64,000 nt of DNA from Ylistrum balloti (taxonomy: Eukaryota), in the NCBI RefSeq assembly GCF_031769215.1, contig NW_026782393.1:434001-498000 (forward strand). Reading direction: 5' to 3'. The notes beneath the pieces were generated by a model. That model ran no database searches. It was given only the letters and a program-made list of their open reading frames with translations, and was not told the DNA's origin. Shown here in pieces: positions 62,501 through 64,000 of the stretch. Within the stretch, counting starts at the first letter, position 1. The number at the start of each line of letters is the position of its first letter. The translations under genes and the position numbers were made by a program.

Positions 62501-64000
62501 GACAGGGCCAAACTGACCGCATATTCTTAAGACAGCTAGGATGGATGGTTGACTACTTTTTATTCTAAATATAAACACTACAAATATACTGTAATATTCA
62601 GGCCTGTTTCCTTGGACTCAATATACACCATATCTGGAGTAACTTTGTCATGATGTTCTGTTGACATGGTTAGAAGTGTAATGACTTGTTCAGTGTGCTA
62701 ACACTATAATTTCAGCTTCATTTCTGTACTATCACACAGAGGCTGACATGAAAAATCACAGCCAGACTCGACACATGCAGCACATAATATATACATAGGG
62801 AGGATACACTTGAATGACTTTACATGTACGACATTAAGCAATGTAAAACCAAACCTAACATTTATAGCTGTATACATTCATATGCTGCTCTTCCATGCAT
62901 AAATACATAAACTCAAACATTAAAAAGTGACTCATAACATAACTGGTATGTTGAATACAAAAGTATACAAGAGAAGACATCTCTGATAGCTTACATTTTA
63001 CAGAAATTACAACATTTCATAAGCCACCCAGTTTAGAGTATTGACAAGTCATAGTTGCTTGTGTTATCAGATTCTTCGGTACAATTTCTGGCCTGCCATT
63101 TATTTATGGAGGAAGGGTGAGGGTTGTTACCATCCTTTCCTATCCTGTTCTAAATTACCATTATTTGGAGTATATTTCTATGTACTTGGTTCAATCATAT
63201 GCCAAAGTACCATGTAATGTCCATTTCTACACCTGATCACATTTTCTGGTTCTTGTTATTCATATCTGTTACAAACATTTTCTAGTTCAAAGATTAACAT
63301 ATAATGACATGATAGCTGCTTATAGATGATTTTGGAATAAAACCAAAATTCTGTTTGTAAATCACATTAGCATGGATGTAGTTATAACATCAGCAGCCAG
63401 GAGTTACTGAGGAAACAGAGATTGTCCAGCAGCCAGTTTAGGACTCCAAAGGGGATGATAAAAAATATTGATCTAAGGAATTTATAACCTGTTAAGTGGT
63501 TTACAATGTTTGCAAAGGAAGGCACAAGTTGATATCTGTATATTCATACAACATTGATGAAGATACACTATGTTCTGTAGTGAATTTTGACTCACAATAA
63601 GCCTATGCTTTGGCATATAAACATAATTATACCTATTACTGTTAAAGAGTTCATTGTTTTGTTATAAGCCCATCCCCCTGACTTTGATTAAGAAATGATG
63701 TGTGGCCTCCTTTGGCATATTGCAGGATAATGATAGTATTTATTCAATATTTTTTATGCTCTTTCTTTGTCAAGGTCTGCACGTATAGTGTTACCCTCTC
63801 CAATCATTACATCATAATTTTGTTTCTGACAAAACTCTTTCATGGATACAAATACAGAAGTGTAATTTGAATTGCTTGGTTGTGTATTAATAATAAAGTC
63901 ATTTATTTGACTTTGAGAATTTTAATTTTAAAAAATAATGAAAAAAAATAATCTGACCAATTCATGTTATTTTCCTTATTGAGAATTGGTTTATCCTAAA

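Overview
AT-rich eukaryotic genomic DNA. It is probably from a bivalve or oyster-like mollusc; this is inferred from the repeat families and the single-exon Cys-loop receptor cluster. Left to right: (1) a minus-strand gene for a macrodomain + RING-HC + Deltex-C-terminal (DTX3/DTX3L-like) E3 ligase, whose last exon(s) lie left of the window, with an IRF/ISRE-like motif at its putative promoter; (2) two intact tandem nAChR-like Cys-loop receptor genes (minus strand, single coding exon) with divergent ligand-binding domains but a 98%-identical 242-bp M1-M3 pore tract, plus a previously unannotated, heavily decayed third paralog on the plus strand (~19.1-20.3 kb); (3) a complete six-exon RPL7 gene (minus strand) whose intron 4 holds two copies of a non-canonical box C/D snoRNA candidate and a TTAA-flanked Kolobok-like insertion; (4) head-to-head with RPL7, an SDR16C/RDH10-like gene (three exons found, 3' exons not in the window), with a composite nuclear-receptor-like element in the shared promoter; (5) very large RDH introns filled with decayed transposons (Tc1, ISL2EU/Harbinger-like, Helentron-type HINEs, SINEs, MITEs), at least seven different minisatellites and a 141-N assembly gap. 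No CRISPR array, rRNA or true tRNA gene was found.
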